Below are positions 39,568 through 48,599 of a DNA stretch of 64,000 bases, piece by piece (the first letter of the stretch is position 1; each line of letters opens with the position of its first letter). The stretch covers positions 1-64,000 of the forward strand of contig JBFMAF010000020.1 in the NCBI GenBank assembly GCA_040755995.1. The letters run 5' to 3'. Source of the DNA: Acidobacteriota bacterium. Its GTDB lineage: Bacteria; Acidobacteriota; CAIWXX01. Position numbers and translations under genes: made by a program. The notes beneath the pieces were generated by a model, which did no database searches, was not told the origin of the DNA, and worked only from the letters and a program-made list of their open reading frames with translations.

Positions 39568-40689
39568 ATGCGCAAGGCCGTGTTCGTCCCCTACCAGCCG
39601 AAGGCCGTGCTCAGCAAGCACAAGCGCGCGGATCACTGGTTCTGGACGCGGTACAGCGCGCACCCGTACACGGGCTGCCAGCATGGTTGCGCGTTCTGCT
39701 ACTCCCGCGAGCAGAAGTACTCCCCCTACGATGATCCGGACGACTTCGCCTATGTGATCAAGGTCAAGGAGAACGCGCCGGCGCTGCTCCACCGGGCGCT
39801 CTCGCGCGTCCAGGTCGACGTCGTCTGCACGGCTGACTACCAGCCGGCCGAGCGCAAGTTCGGGCTCTCGCGAAAGATGTTGGAGGTCTGCCACGACCTC
39901 TGCTTCCCGGTGTTCGTGCTGGAGCGCTCGCCGCTGGTTCTGCGCGATCTCGACCTGCTCCAGGCGATAAACGACCGCGCGTCCGCAGTGGTGGTCTTCA
40001 GCGTGATCTCGACGCCTGACTCGCGCAACTACGACCGGGTGCGCCAGATGGAGCGACTCGCGCCGGCCGCCACGAAGCGCTTTGCCGCGATGGAGAAGAT
40101 CGCCGGCGCAGGTATCATGACGGGCGCCTGCTTCATGCCTATCCTTCCCGGCCTCTGTGACGACGAAGCCAACCTGGAGTCCGTCGTGCGATGGACGGCC
40201 GACCACGGGGGCAGGTTTGTCCTGGCAGGTGGGCTCACGCTGTCTGATCAGCAGCGCCTCTACTTCTTCCGGGTCCTCGGCCAACGCTTCCCGGACCTTC
40301 TGCCGACCTACCATTCTCTCTATCCGCCCGGAAGCTACGGACCAGCGGGCGATGACTGGCGCAGGACTGCCCGGACGGTGCGCGAGCTATGCACCGCGCA
40401 TGGCATTCGCGATCGCATGTCACGGCCTGTCGTCGCGTGCGACAAGCTGGCATTGAACAAGCGCGTGGTCGAGAAGCTCGCCGAACGCATCTACGCGATG
40501 GAGCTCGACGGCGAGCCGAGCCATCGCATCTGGGCCTATCGAAAGGCTGCGTGGGCTGTCGATGATCTGCATCAGGACATCGCACTGGTGTATCGAGAGA
40601 TGGGAGTGCGAGGGCTGCAGAGCATACCAAACGTCGGCACCTCGCTCGCAGGCGAGATCGAACGGCTGATCGTGCATGGTGTTGCCTGA
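39568..40689 (+). CDS. SPL-like/Rv2578c-type radical SAM protein with C-terminal Pol X 8-kDa/HhH domain
   Basis: PYTGCQHGCAFCY, ADYQPAER, LVLRDLDLL, MPILPGL; tail RIWAYRKAA...LQSIPNVGTSLA. Confidence 0.88.
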   Translation: MRKAVFVPYQPKAVLSKHKRADHWFWTRYSAHPYTGCQHGCAFCYSREQKYSPYDDPDDFAYVIKVKENAPALLHRALSRVQVDVVCTADYQPAERKFGLSRKMLEVCHDLCFPVFVLERSPLVLRDLDLLQAINDRASAVVVFSVISTPDSRNYDRVRQMERLAPAATKRFAAMEKIAGAGIMTGACFMPILPGLCDDEANLESVVRWTADHGGRFVLAGGLTLSDQQRLYFFRVLGQRFPDLLPTYHSLYPPGSYGPAGDDWRRTARTVRELCTAHGIRDRMSRPVVACDKLALNKRVVEKLAERIYAMELDGEPSHRIWAYRKAAWAVDDLHQDIALVYREMGVRGLQSIPNVGTSLAGEIERLIVHGVA

Positions 40690-40768
40690 AGCAAGCCGGA
40701 GTGCGTTTGGCGAGACTAAACACAATTCTGGTTGTGTCGGGTACGGGTGCTCGTTGAACTGAGCTGCA

Positions 40769-41107
40769 TCACGCCGAGGAACTCCGGCAGCATTTCCTCT
40801 TCCGCAAGAATGTCAGCCGCTGGTCTCGGGTGGCCTGTACCATTGTCCTGTGCGGGATCAAGGTGACGACGGAGCGTGATTGGTCGAAGGTTGGTGAGAT
40901 GGTGGCGGAGGCACGGAGGGATGATGCGGCGCCCTCGGGTGCTGTGAATGTCACGAATTCCGGAATCTCTTCGATTTGCCAATTGTCAGGAATCTCGATC
41001 GTGTAGTGTCCCTCTGAGAAATAGGACCGAACCCAGTGTTGGCCGGGTATGAATCGTATTGCAGAGAAGTCGACGGACTGTCTATTCATGATCCGAACGT
41101 CAAACAT
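40769..41107 (-). CDS. Hypothetical ORF or degraded gene remnant
   Basis: Lower-GC stretch; the N-terminal half (YTIEIPDNWQIEE...VTFTAP) looks protein-like, the C-terminal half does not. Confidence 0.25.
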   Translation of the reverse strand: MFDVRIMNRQSVDFSAIRFIPGQHWVRSYFSEGHYTIEIPDNWQIEEIPEFVTFTAPEGAASSLRASATISPTFDQSRSVVTLIPHRTMVQATRDQRLTFLRKRKCCRSSSA

Positions 41108-41164
41108 CTCAGCTTCTTGCGCTCATCCCGGGAGAATCCACCAGTGAGCATCCTGGGGCCCCGC

Positions 41165-42313
41165 TCAGGTCTGGTGGCCTGGCAAGACCGCCATCAGCCC
41201 TGCGAGATTCACCAGCCGGACCTCTGCCCCCTGGACGCGCCTGAGCCCGGGCCCTCGATGCTCCGGCAGGACGACATAGAGGGAGCTTCCCGGGTACCTG
41301 TGATGAAAGGCCAGTATGCCTGAGTAATCCAGGTCAGATGGCGCCCACTTGCACTCGATAGCCAGCGGCGCCCTGCCACGCGGAGCAATCACGAAGTCGA
41401 CTTCATGGCCACGCTTGTCCCGCCAATAGTGTACGGCCCTGTTCTGCTCCTGCGAGATGATCTCGTTCAGCACGAAATGCTCCCACAGGAATCCCAGGTC
41501 CTCTCGCCGCAGGTCGTGTATCCCGCGATAGTAGCAGACGAAGCCCGTGTCAAAAGCGTAGACTCGCGGCGCAGAGACGATCTCGGCGGTCGGGGAGGAT
41601 GCGTAGGGTCGTAACACGTGGACAACGAAAGTGGCCTCGAGCACCGCGAGATAGTTGCTGATCGTCGTCCTGCTCACCTCGCACTCGCGGCCGAATCGAG
41701 TCGCCTCGAATATGCCGCCGCTCCGGGCCATCAGGAGCTCGGTAAACTTCTGGAACGAGTGCCTGCGCTCCAGCCGAAACAACTCCTGGATATCCTTTGC
41801 CCAGTAGCCGTCCATCCACTCCTGAAAATCGCGCTCAGGGAGTCTTTCAGAAAGGAAGAAAGGTGGCAGACCTCCGCGAAGAAGCCGGTGCGGCAGGTCT
41901 GTGCGCCCGAAGTCCGACAGGTCGGCGGCGGTCATCGGGGTCAGCAGGATCTCTGCCTTCCTTCCCGCCAGCGTGTCTCGGAACTTGGAGGAAGCGCCGA
42001 GCGTCGACGACCCGGCAGCGAGGATGCGCGTTCCCGGAAGGTGATCGGCCGCAATCTTCAAGAGCTCGGAAGGATTCGCTAGGCGGTGTATCTCGTCCAA
42101 CACCAGTTGGCGTCCTTCGAACTGGCGCAGAAAGGACTCCGGGTCCTCCATCGCCTGCCGTACTCGAGGCAACTCGCAGTCAAAGTACTCGGCTCCCGGC
42201 AAGCTCCGAGAGAGGTACGTCTTTCCCACCCGACGGACACCCGACAGCCACACCACGGATCGCCGGGACCACGCACGCCCGATGCGTGAGAGCCAGGCTT
42301 TCCTTTGTACCAT
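41165..42313 (-). CDS. AAA ATPase with DUF4143 (wHTH + PD-(D/E)xK-like) domain
   Basis: Walker A GVRRVGKT, LDEIH, AGSS, LAGR, GGLP, PRVYAFDTG, HYWRDKRGHEVDF...IECKW. Confidence 0.92.
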   Translation of the reverse strand: MVQRKAWLSRIGRAWSRRSVVWLSGVRRVGKTYLSRSLPGAEYFDCELPRVRQAMEDPESFLRQFEGRQLVLDEIHRLANPSELLKIAADHLPGTRILAAGSSTLGASSKFRDTLAGRKAEILLTPMTAADLSDFGRTDLPHRLLRGGLPPFFLSERLPERDFQEWMDGYWAKDIQELFRLERRHSFQKFTELLMARSGGIFEATRFGRECEVSRTTISNYLAVLEATFVVHVLRPYASSPTAEIVSAPRVYAFDTGFVCYYRGIHDLRREDLGFLWEHFVLNEIISQEQNRAVHYWRDKRGHEVDFVIAPRGRAPLAIECKWAPSDLDYSGILAFHHRYPGSSLYVVLPEHRGPGLRRVQGAEVRLVNLAGLMAVLPGHQT

Positions 42314-42338
42314 CGCAACCCATCCTTGCACACGGAGT

Positions 42339-42399
42339 TACCAAATGCAAGCAGAATTGCATTTGGTGTCACTAAACGCAATTCTACTTGCATTTGGTA
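42339..42399. promoter_or_regulatory. 61-bp compound palindrome (two tandem 11-6-11 operator-like units)
   Basis: ACCAAATGCAA-N6-TTGCATTTGGT (42340-42367) and ACTAAACGCAA-N6-TTGCATTTGGT (42371-42398); the whole block is near self-complementary. Confidence 0.8.
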
Positions 42400-42452
42400 C
42401 AAAAGCTTCAATCCAAGGAGATAGAGGGCGGCGGCGGAAAGAGGCGGTGTAG

Positions 42453-42458
42453 TAGAAT
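42453..42458 (+). promoter_or_regulatory. Putative -10 box (TAGAAT) of a leaderless transcript
   Basis: TAGAAT 6 nt before ATG 42465; no adjacent SD. Confidence 0.5.
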
Positions 42459-42464
42459 CGCAGC

Positions 42465-43196
42465 ATGTCAGCTTGGCTCATCGGAACCAGCGGATTCTCC
42501 TACCCGTCCTGGCGCGGCGTCTTCTATCCGCACGATCTTCCGAGCAAGGATTGGCTGGCGTTCTACCAGCGCGAGTTTTCGGCCGTTGAGCTCAATGTGA
42601 CGTTCTACCGGACGCCTCGGGAGAGCACCGTCAGCAGATGGGCCGATGCCACGGGACCCGACTTCCGGTTCGTTCTGAAGATGCCGAAGCTGATCACCCA
42701 CATCAAGCGGCTGAGCGACTGCTCATCCGAGCTCTCCCGATTCTGGGATCGCGCCGCCATGCTCGAGAAGAAGCTGGCGGCAGTCCTTGCGCAACTGCCG
42801 CCCAGTCTGAAGTTCGAGCGGGATCGGTTCAGAGGTTTCCTGGCATTGGTGCCGCGCGGATTTGCTCCCATCGGATGGGAGGCGCGTCACAAGAGCTTCA
42901 TCGAGGATCACACGATAGCGTGGTTCAGCGAGAATAGACAGAGCCTCGTCGTGGCCGACTCAGGAGGACGCTATCCGACGGTCCGTGCATTCAGCTCGGA
43001 ACCTGCATACCTGCGCTTTCACGGACCGAAGGAGCTCTACAGCTCCCGCTACACCGCAGAGCAGCTAGGCGAGTACGTCTCGTGGGTGAAGCATGACGTG
43101 CCCCCTGATGCCCCGGTTCTTGCCTTCTTCAACAACGACGCGGGAGGCCACGCGATCGTGAACGCACGACAGCTCCGCGACCTCGCGCAGACGTAG
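42465..43196 (+). CDS. DUF72 (YecE-family) protein
   Basis: IGTSGFSYPSWRGVFYP, VELNVTFYRTP, ITHIKRL, QLPPS, YLRFHG, FFNND. Confidence 0.93.
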   Translation: MSAWLIGTSGFSYPSWRGVFYPHDLPSKDWLAFYQREFSAVELNVTFYRTPRESTVSRWADATGPDFRFVLKMPKLITHIKRLSDCSSELSRFWDRAAMLEKKLAAVLAQLPPSLKFERDRFRGFLALVPRGFAPIGWEARHKSFIEDHTIAWFSENRQSLVVADSGGRYPTVRAFSSEPAYLRFHGPKELYSSRYTAEQLGEYVSWVKHDVPPDAPVLAFFNNDAGGHAIVNARQLRDLAQT

Positions 43197-43217
43197 CCGA
43201 CGCTTGAGTCCAGGTCC

Positions 43218-44186
43218 TCAGAGGAACGGCCGCGACAGCTCGCCCAGAGGCGCCATCTCGTCCGCCGTGAGGCGGAAATCGGCGGCGCCGCACATCTCCT
43301 CCGCGTGGCGCGGGCGAGTCGCACCCGGAATCACTACCACGGTCTCGCCGTGGAAGTGAAGAAGCCAGTTGAGCGCGACCTGCGATGGCGTGACCCCGTT
43401 CGCGGTGGCGATCTTGCGGATCTCCTCGACCAGCGGGCGCGTCCGCGCGAGCCCGCAGCTGCGAAACAACGACATCATCCGGCGCGGCCCTGGCCGGCTC
43501 TTGATCAGGCTCGGATCCACGTGGAACTTGCCGGAGAGTATGCCCTGCCCGAGTGGTGAGTAGGCTATGACGGTGATCCCGAGCTCCTTCGCCGCGGCGA
43601 CGATCCCGTTGGACTCGACGCGCCGGTCGATCAGGCTGTACTTGACCTGGTTGGATGCCAGGGGTAGGCCGCGCTTCGCCAGGGCCGCGTGCGCGCGGCG
43701 CATGCGTGAGGCCGAGAAGTTGCTCACGCCGACGGCACGGATCTTCCGCGCCTCGACCAGGTCCGCCATGGCATCCATCTCAGCTTCGACCGTCGAGAAC
43801 GAGTACGGTTGGTGGACCTGGTGGAGGTCGATGGAGAAGCCGGCGAGGCAACGCAGTCTCTCGTCGATCGTCGTCCTGATGCTGCCGGCCGTGCGCGGCA
43901 TCGGCCACCACTTGGTGGCCACGCGCACGTCACCGTCCATCTTGCCGGCGGCCTTGAGCGCGCGCGCCAGCGCCTGCTCTGATCGCCCGCGTCCGTAAAT
44001 CTCAGCCGTGTCGAACCAGTTGATGCCGCGGTCGAGCGTGATTCGCACGATCTCGTCGACCGTCCCCTGCGGCAGGGCTTCCCAGTAGCCACCGACCAGG
44101 CCGTAGCCGCCCGAGAATTGCCAGCAGCCGAGTCCGATCGGCGTGATCTCGATACCGGTTCTCCCGAGGCGTCGCAGTTGCAGCAT
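43218..44186 (-). CDS. Aldo/keto reductase
   Basis: GLGCWQF, WFDTAEIYG, ATKWWP, IDLHQVH, VGVSNF, YSPLGQG. Confidence 0.94.
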   Translation of the reverse strand: MLQLRRLGRTGIEITPIGLGCWQFSGGYGLVGGYWEALPQGTVDEIVRITLDRGINWFDTAEIYGRGRSEQALARALKAAGKMDGDVRVATKWWPMPRTAGSIRTTIDERLRCLAGFSIDLHQVHQPYSFSTVEAEMDAMADLVEARKIRAVGVSNFSASRMRRAHAALAKRGLPLASNQVKYSLIDRRVESNGIVAAAKELGITVIAYSPLGQGILSGKFHVDPSLIKSRPGPRRMMSLFRSCGLARTRPLVEEIRKIATANGVTPSQVALNWLLHFHGETVVVIPGATRPRHAEEMCGAADFRLTADEMAPLGELSRPFL

Positions 44187-44211
44187 GGGCTTCTCCCTTC
44201 GCGTCATCTCC

Positions 44212-44241
44212 ACAGTATCCCCCGCCGTGAGGTGGGGTCAA
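44212..44241 (-). promoter_or_regulatory. Putative sigma-70 promoter
   Basis: Minus strand TTGACC-N18-TACTGT. Confidence 0.45.
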
Positions 44242-44442
44242 GAGGCGTCACAGAATGACGGACACGACGCCTTCAGGCGCAGGACGGGTTCTCGGCTCGT
44301 TGCCGTACCTTCGCTCGTGGGCGTAGGCACGTCATGAGGTCATATAGACCAGTGCGGCCAGTGGGACGCGCTCTCTGGTACAATTGCGCACCTGGAGCGC
44401 GGGCATCGGGCCAAGAGCTGCAACTGTGGGATGAGGTTAAGG

Positions 44443-44889
44443 ATGGAAAAGAATCGCATCGATCGAGCCCTTGCGTTGTTCGCAGCCGGTTATAACTGCG
44501 CACAAGCCATCTTCACTGCCTACGCTGCGGGCGAGGAGATCCCGGAGAGGCTGGCCCTGTCGCTCCCCTCTGCCTTCGGCGGCGGCATCGCGCGGATGGG
44601 AGAGACGTGTGGAGCGGTGAGCGGCTCTTTCATGGTTATCGGCCGGCATGCGGGTAGGCTCGAAAAGGATCCGCTGATGATCAAGGAGTGCGCGTACGCG
44701 ATGGTGGAGGAGTTCGTCGACGCGTTCGCAGCGAGGCATGGCAGCATCAGGTGTCGCGACCTGTTGGGATACGACCTGAGCAACCCGGCGGACTACGCGC
44801 GGGTAAAGGCAGAAGACGTCATAGGGCAACGATGTCCGGCCTTCGTGCGATCCGCCGCCGAGGTGTTGGAGTCAGTGCTGGGGCTATAG
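44443..44889 (+). CDS. C_GCAxxG_C_C family putative redox protein
   Basis: YNCAQA, FGGGI, GETCGAVSG, SIRCRDLLG, RCPAFV. Confidence 0.92.
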   Translation: MEKNRIDRALALFAAGYNCAQAIFTAYAAGEEIPERLALSLPSAFGGGIARMGETCGAVSGSFMVIGRHAGRLEKDPLMIKECAYAMVEEFVDAFAARHGSIRCRDLLGYDLSNPADYARVKAEDVIGQRCPAFVRSAAEVLESVLGL

Positions 44890-44926
44890 CCAGCCGGGCC
44901 TTAACCATCCACGCCTCCGGGCTTCC

Positions 44927-44956
44927 TTGACAGCCGAAGGGGGCAGACACTAGACT
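44927..44956 (+). promoter_or_regulatory. Putative sigma-70 promoter
   Basis: TTGACA-N18-TAGACT. Confidence 0.6.
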
Positions 44957-45086
44957 GATAGGCCATGGCTACGAACGTACGGCGCGGTGATCATGGCCTG
45001 AGGCGTCTACCCGACGGCAAGCGGCTATCATTTCAGTCCGTCTCTTGTGCGGCTCGAAGTCCAATTTCTCCTGTCGGGGGTAGACC

Positions 45087-46100
45087 TTGAGATCAATACC
45101 TTTTGCCAAGGCCGTCCGGATGATCGCGCGGGGCACGTGGAGCTATTGCACGAGCCGCCCACTGGTCGTCTCTTTCGAGCTCACGCACTCGTGTACCGCT
45201 GACTGCCTCCATTGCGACAAGGGGGGGATCAAGCCGAATCCGCCCGGACTGATGCAGGCGGATGACTACCGGCGGCTCAGCCGCAAACTGAAGCCGATGG
45301 CGGTGCAGCTCTCTGGCGGTGAGCCGTTGCTTCGCAAAGACATCGAGGAGATCGTGAAGGCTGTCAAGGAACCGTACGACATGCCTTATCTGATCCTGGT
45401 CACCAATGCGCGACTGCTGACAGAGGAGAAGTATCTCAAGCTGCGTGCGCTAGGCATCGACCAGTTCTCGGTCTCGCTGGATTTCCCAGACGAGAGGCAT
45501 GACGAATTCCGTCAGTCTCCCGGCCTGTACGCCCACCTGTCAACTCTTATCCCGGCATTGGCACGGCGCGGCAACGACGACGTCGTTCTGAACACGGCTA
45601 TCACGCGCGGGAACCTCGGGGTCCTGCGGGCCAACTACGAGAGGGCGAAGGAGTGGGGCGTCTCGATCTCGTACAGCGCCTACACGCCGCTGCGCACGGG
45701 CAAGATGGAACACTACATCGACACGCCGGAGGACCTGGAACTTCTCCGACGAACACTGAACGACCTTGTCGACTTGAAGGGCCGGAACGGCCGGATCACC
45801 AACTCGGTGTGGACACTCACGGGCACCTACGATTTCTTCGCACAGGGCAGCATCCCAGGATGCACGGCAGGGCGTCGGTTCCTGGTCGTGAATCCGGATG
45901 GAACGCTCCGGCCGTGCTCCATGTACGAGCTGTCATACGACTCGCAGAAGCAGATCCTGAAGGAGTTCGTCCCGTCGAACACCTGCGGTAAATGCTACGT
46001 GTCGATCCGCGCCTATCTCGACGCGAATTACGGGACTCTGCTGATGGACAACGTCCGCCAGCGAGTCGTCCCGCGCAACGGCAACTCGAAGAGCTGCTAG
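45087..46100 (+). CDS. Radical SAM protein with SPASM/twitch-like C-terminal Cys
   Basis: CTADCLHC, SGGEPLL, VSLDF...HDEFR, CTAG...PDGTLRPC...CGKC; start TTG 45087 or ATG 45120. Confidence 0.88.
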   Translation: MRSIPFAKAVRMIARGTWSYCTSRPLVVSFELTHSCTADCLHCDKGGIKPNPPGLMQADDYRRLSRKLKPMAVQLSGGEPLLRKDIEEIVKAVKEPYDMPYLILVTNARLLTEEKYLKLRALGIDQFSVSLDFPDERHDEFRQSPGLYAHLSTLIPALARRGNDDVVLNTAITRGNLGVLRANYERAKEWGVSISYSAYTPLRTGKMEHYIDTPEDLELLRRTLNDLVDLKGRNGRITNSVWTLTGTYDFFAQGSIPGCTAGRRFLVVNPDGTLRPCSMYELSYDSQKQILKEFVPSNTCGKCYVSIRAYLDANYGTLLMDNVRQRVVPRNGNSKSC

Positions 46101-46137
46101 CTCTCTGATCCGGCTCTCTTCTGCGGATCAGACTATC

Positions 46138-47754
46138 CTATCGGCCGGCGCGCAACTTGCTGTGCCGGACGCCGTAGCAGAAGTAGATCAAGAGGCCGAT
46201 GGCGAGCCAGAGGAAGAAGCGGATCCACGTGATCAACGGCAGCCCGAGCATCAGGTAGATGCAGAAGGCTATCCCGAGCACAGGCACGTAGGGCGACCAG
46301 GGCGTCCTGAACGGACGCGGGCGATTGGGCTCGGTGTGGCGGAGAACGAGGATCCCTGCGCATACCAGAACGAATGCGAAGAGGGTGCCGATGTTGGTGA
46401 GTTCCACCGCCTCGTTGATATCGACAAAGCCGGCGAAGAACGCGACGAAAACCCCGGTCAGAATCGTGGTGACGTGCGGGGTCCTGAACCGCGGGTGCAC
46501 CCTGGCGAAACTGGGTGGCAGCAGTCCGTCGCGGGACATGGAGAAGAAGATGCGCGGTTGGCCGAGCTGAAAGACGAGGAGCACGGCGGTCATCGATGCG
46601 ACCGCGCCGAACGAGATGATCCCGGCGGCCCAATCCAGATGGATGATCCTCATCGCGAGCGCCAGGGGTTCCGCCACACCGAGGCGGTCGTACTTCACGA
46701 TTCCCGTCAACACCACGGCTACGCCGATGTAGAGGATTGTGCAGATGATCAGAGACGCGATCATCCCGATCGGCATGTCGCGTTGCGGGTTTCGAGCCTC
46801 CTCGGCCGTGGTCGAGACGGCATCGAAGCCGATGTATGCAAAGAACACGAGTGCTGCGCCGGTCCAGACTCCGGTCCAGCCGTTGGGAGCGAACGGCGAC
46901 CAGTGCTCGGGCTTCACGTAGAACGCGCCCACTGCGATGAACCCGATCACCACGACCAGCTTCAGCGCCACCATGAGGCTGTTGACCCGGGCGCTCTCCT
47001 TGATGCCGATCACGAGGAGCACCGTCAGGAGCGCCACGATGGCGATTGCGGGCAGGTTGAAAGCCAGGTGGAATCCAAAGAGGTGCGGCGCACGCAGCAG
47101 TTCGCCCGCCTGCTGAAGGCCGTCGACGGTCGAAGTCAGCTGCGCGGCGTCAAGGCCGAATCGCCCGGGGTCCGCCTGGACCGCCGAGACCAAGCGAGGA
47201 ATATCGCCTGCTGTGACCGAGGCCGGTGCCAGCTCCAGAACCTTCGAACCCCATACGGCAGCAAGCTCCTTCAGCCGATGCGCCGTCCGTATGTCCACGC
47301 ACATCCAGAGCGGTATGTGGATGTGGAGGCCGGCGAGTAGCTGGCGGAAGTAGCCGGCCCAGCTCACCGCGACCGCCACGTTCCCTACTGCGTACTCCAG
47401 GATCAAGTCCCATCCGATCACCCACGCGATCAGCTCGCCGAGGGTGGCGTAGGAATATGTGTACGCGCTGCCTGCGATAGGGATCATCGAAGCGAACTCG
47501 GCGTAGCATAGCGCGCAGAAACCGCAGACCAGAGCAGTGAAGACATAGGAGATCACAAGCGCGGGGCCCGCGCCAAGATGGCTCGCGCCGCCTGCGGCGG
47601 CGGTGCCGGTGGTTGCGAAAATGCCCGCTCCGATGATGGCGCCGATCCCGAGCGCGGTGATATCGACCGCCCCCAGGCTGCGCTTGAGCTTCGTCTTCTC
47701 CTCGCTGGCCGATGCCTCGAGTTCCTCGATGGGTTTCGTACGGAATAGATGCAC
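46138..47754 (-). CDS. APC-family (CAT-like) amino acid permease
   Basis: GIGAIIGAGIF, YAEFASMIPIAGSAYTY, FFAYIGFDAVSTTAEE, RIFFSMSRDGLLP. Confidence 0.95.
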   Translation of the reverse strand: MHLFRTKPIEELEASASEEKTKLKRSLGAVDITALGIGAIIGAGIFATTGTAAAGGASHLGAGPALVISYVFTALVCGFCALCYAEFASMIPIAGSAYTYSYATLGELIAWVIGWDLILEYAVGNVAVAVSWAGYFRQLLAGLHIHIPLWMCVDIRTAHRLKELAAVWGSKVLELAPASVTAGDIPRLVSAVQADPGRFGLDAAQLTSTVDGLQQAGELLRAPHLFGFHLAFNLPAIAIVALLTVLLVIGIKESARVNSLMVALKLVVVIGFIAVGAFYVKPEHWSPFAPNGWTGVWTGAALVFFAYIGFDAVSTTAEEARNPQRDMPIGMIASLIICTILYIGVAVVLTGIVKYDRLGVAEPLALAMRIIHLDWAAGIISFGAVASMTAVLLVFQLGQPRIFFSMSRDGLLPPSFARVHPRFRTPHVTTILTGVFVAFFAGFVDINEAVELTNIGTLFAFVLVCAGILVLRHTEPNRPRPFRTPWSPYVPVLGIAFCIYLMLGLPLITWIRFFLWLAIGLLIYFCYGVRHSKLRAGR

Positions 47755-47925
47755 GGTACCCCCTTCTGAACGACCCGTGCATCATCTATTCGGCGGCCCC
47801 AGGCTGTCAAGAAGAAAGGGGCAAGGGGAAGGGGGGAGTGTGAATGGCGAGGGCCATTCGACACAGGTGTGATGCATTGGAAGCTGTTCGCCGGTATAAT
47901 TGCTAGCGACGAAACGGAGGGTCTG

Positions 47926-48555
47926 ATGCAAAAGAGCTACTTCGCGCTCGGGTGCGGGTTCGTGGTCATCGTCGGCCTGCTGATCGGCCTCATCATTGCC
48001 GGCAGCGTGTGGAGTGCCCGCGGGAACCTGGTTGAGAAGCAACAGGCGGTGAAGTCGGCCTGGGGCCAGGTCGAGAATGTGTATCAGCGCCGAATGGACC
48101 TCATCCCGAACCTGGTCGAGGTCGTGAAGCGATATGCTGCACACGAGAGCACAGTGTTCACGCAGGTGGCGGAGGCTCGGGCGGGCGCTGGGAGGATCCA
48201 GATCAGCCCCGAGGCGTTGGGCAATCCGGAGCTGCTCGCGCAGTATCAGAAGGCGCAGGGCGAGCTCTCTTCGGCACTGACTCGCCTGCTTGCCGTCTCG
48301 GAGAGCTACCCGGAGCTGAAGGCGAACGAGAACTTCCGCGACCTCCAGGTGCAGCTCGAAGGGACCGAGAACCGAATCGCCGTCGAACGCATGCGGTACA
48401 ACGAAGTCGTGCAGGCCTACAACACTTACCGAAACAAGAGCATGTTCGCGATGCTGGCGGGTGCCATCTTCGGCTACGACCGCGAGAAGGCCTACTTCAA
48501 GGCCGACGAAGGTGCGCAGAAGGCCCCTGACGTTGGCAAGATTTTCGACGACTAG
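47926..48555 (+). CDS. lemA: LemA family protein
   Basis: N-terminal TM, WGQVENVYQRRMDLIPNLV, YPELKANENF, LEGTENRIAVER; GGAGG SD. Confidence 0.95.
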   Translation: MQKSYFALGCGFVVIVGLLIGLIIAGSVWSARGNLVEKQQAVKSAWGQVENVYQRRMDLIPNLVEVVKRYAAHESTVFTQVAEARAGAGRIQISPEALGNPELLAQYQKAQGELSSALTRLLAVSESYPELKANENFRDLQVQLEGTENRIAVERMRYNEVVQAYNTYRNKSMFAMLAGAIFGYDREKAYFKADEGAQKAPDVGKIFDD

Positions 48556-48599
48556 ACGGTGCCCAGCACGGTATCGGAGGTCCGGACTGAAGTGAGACC

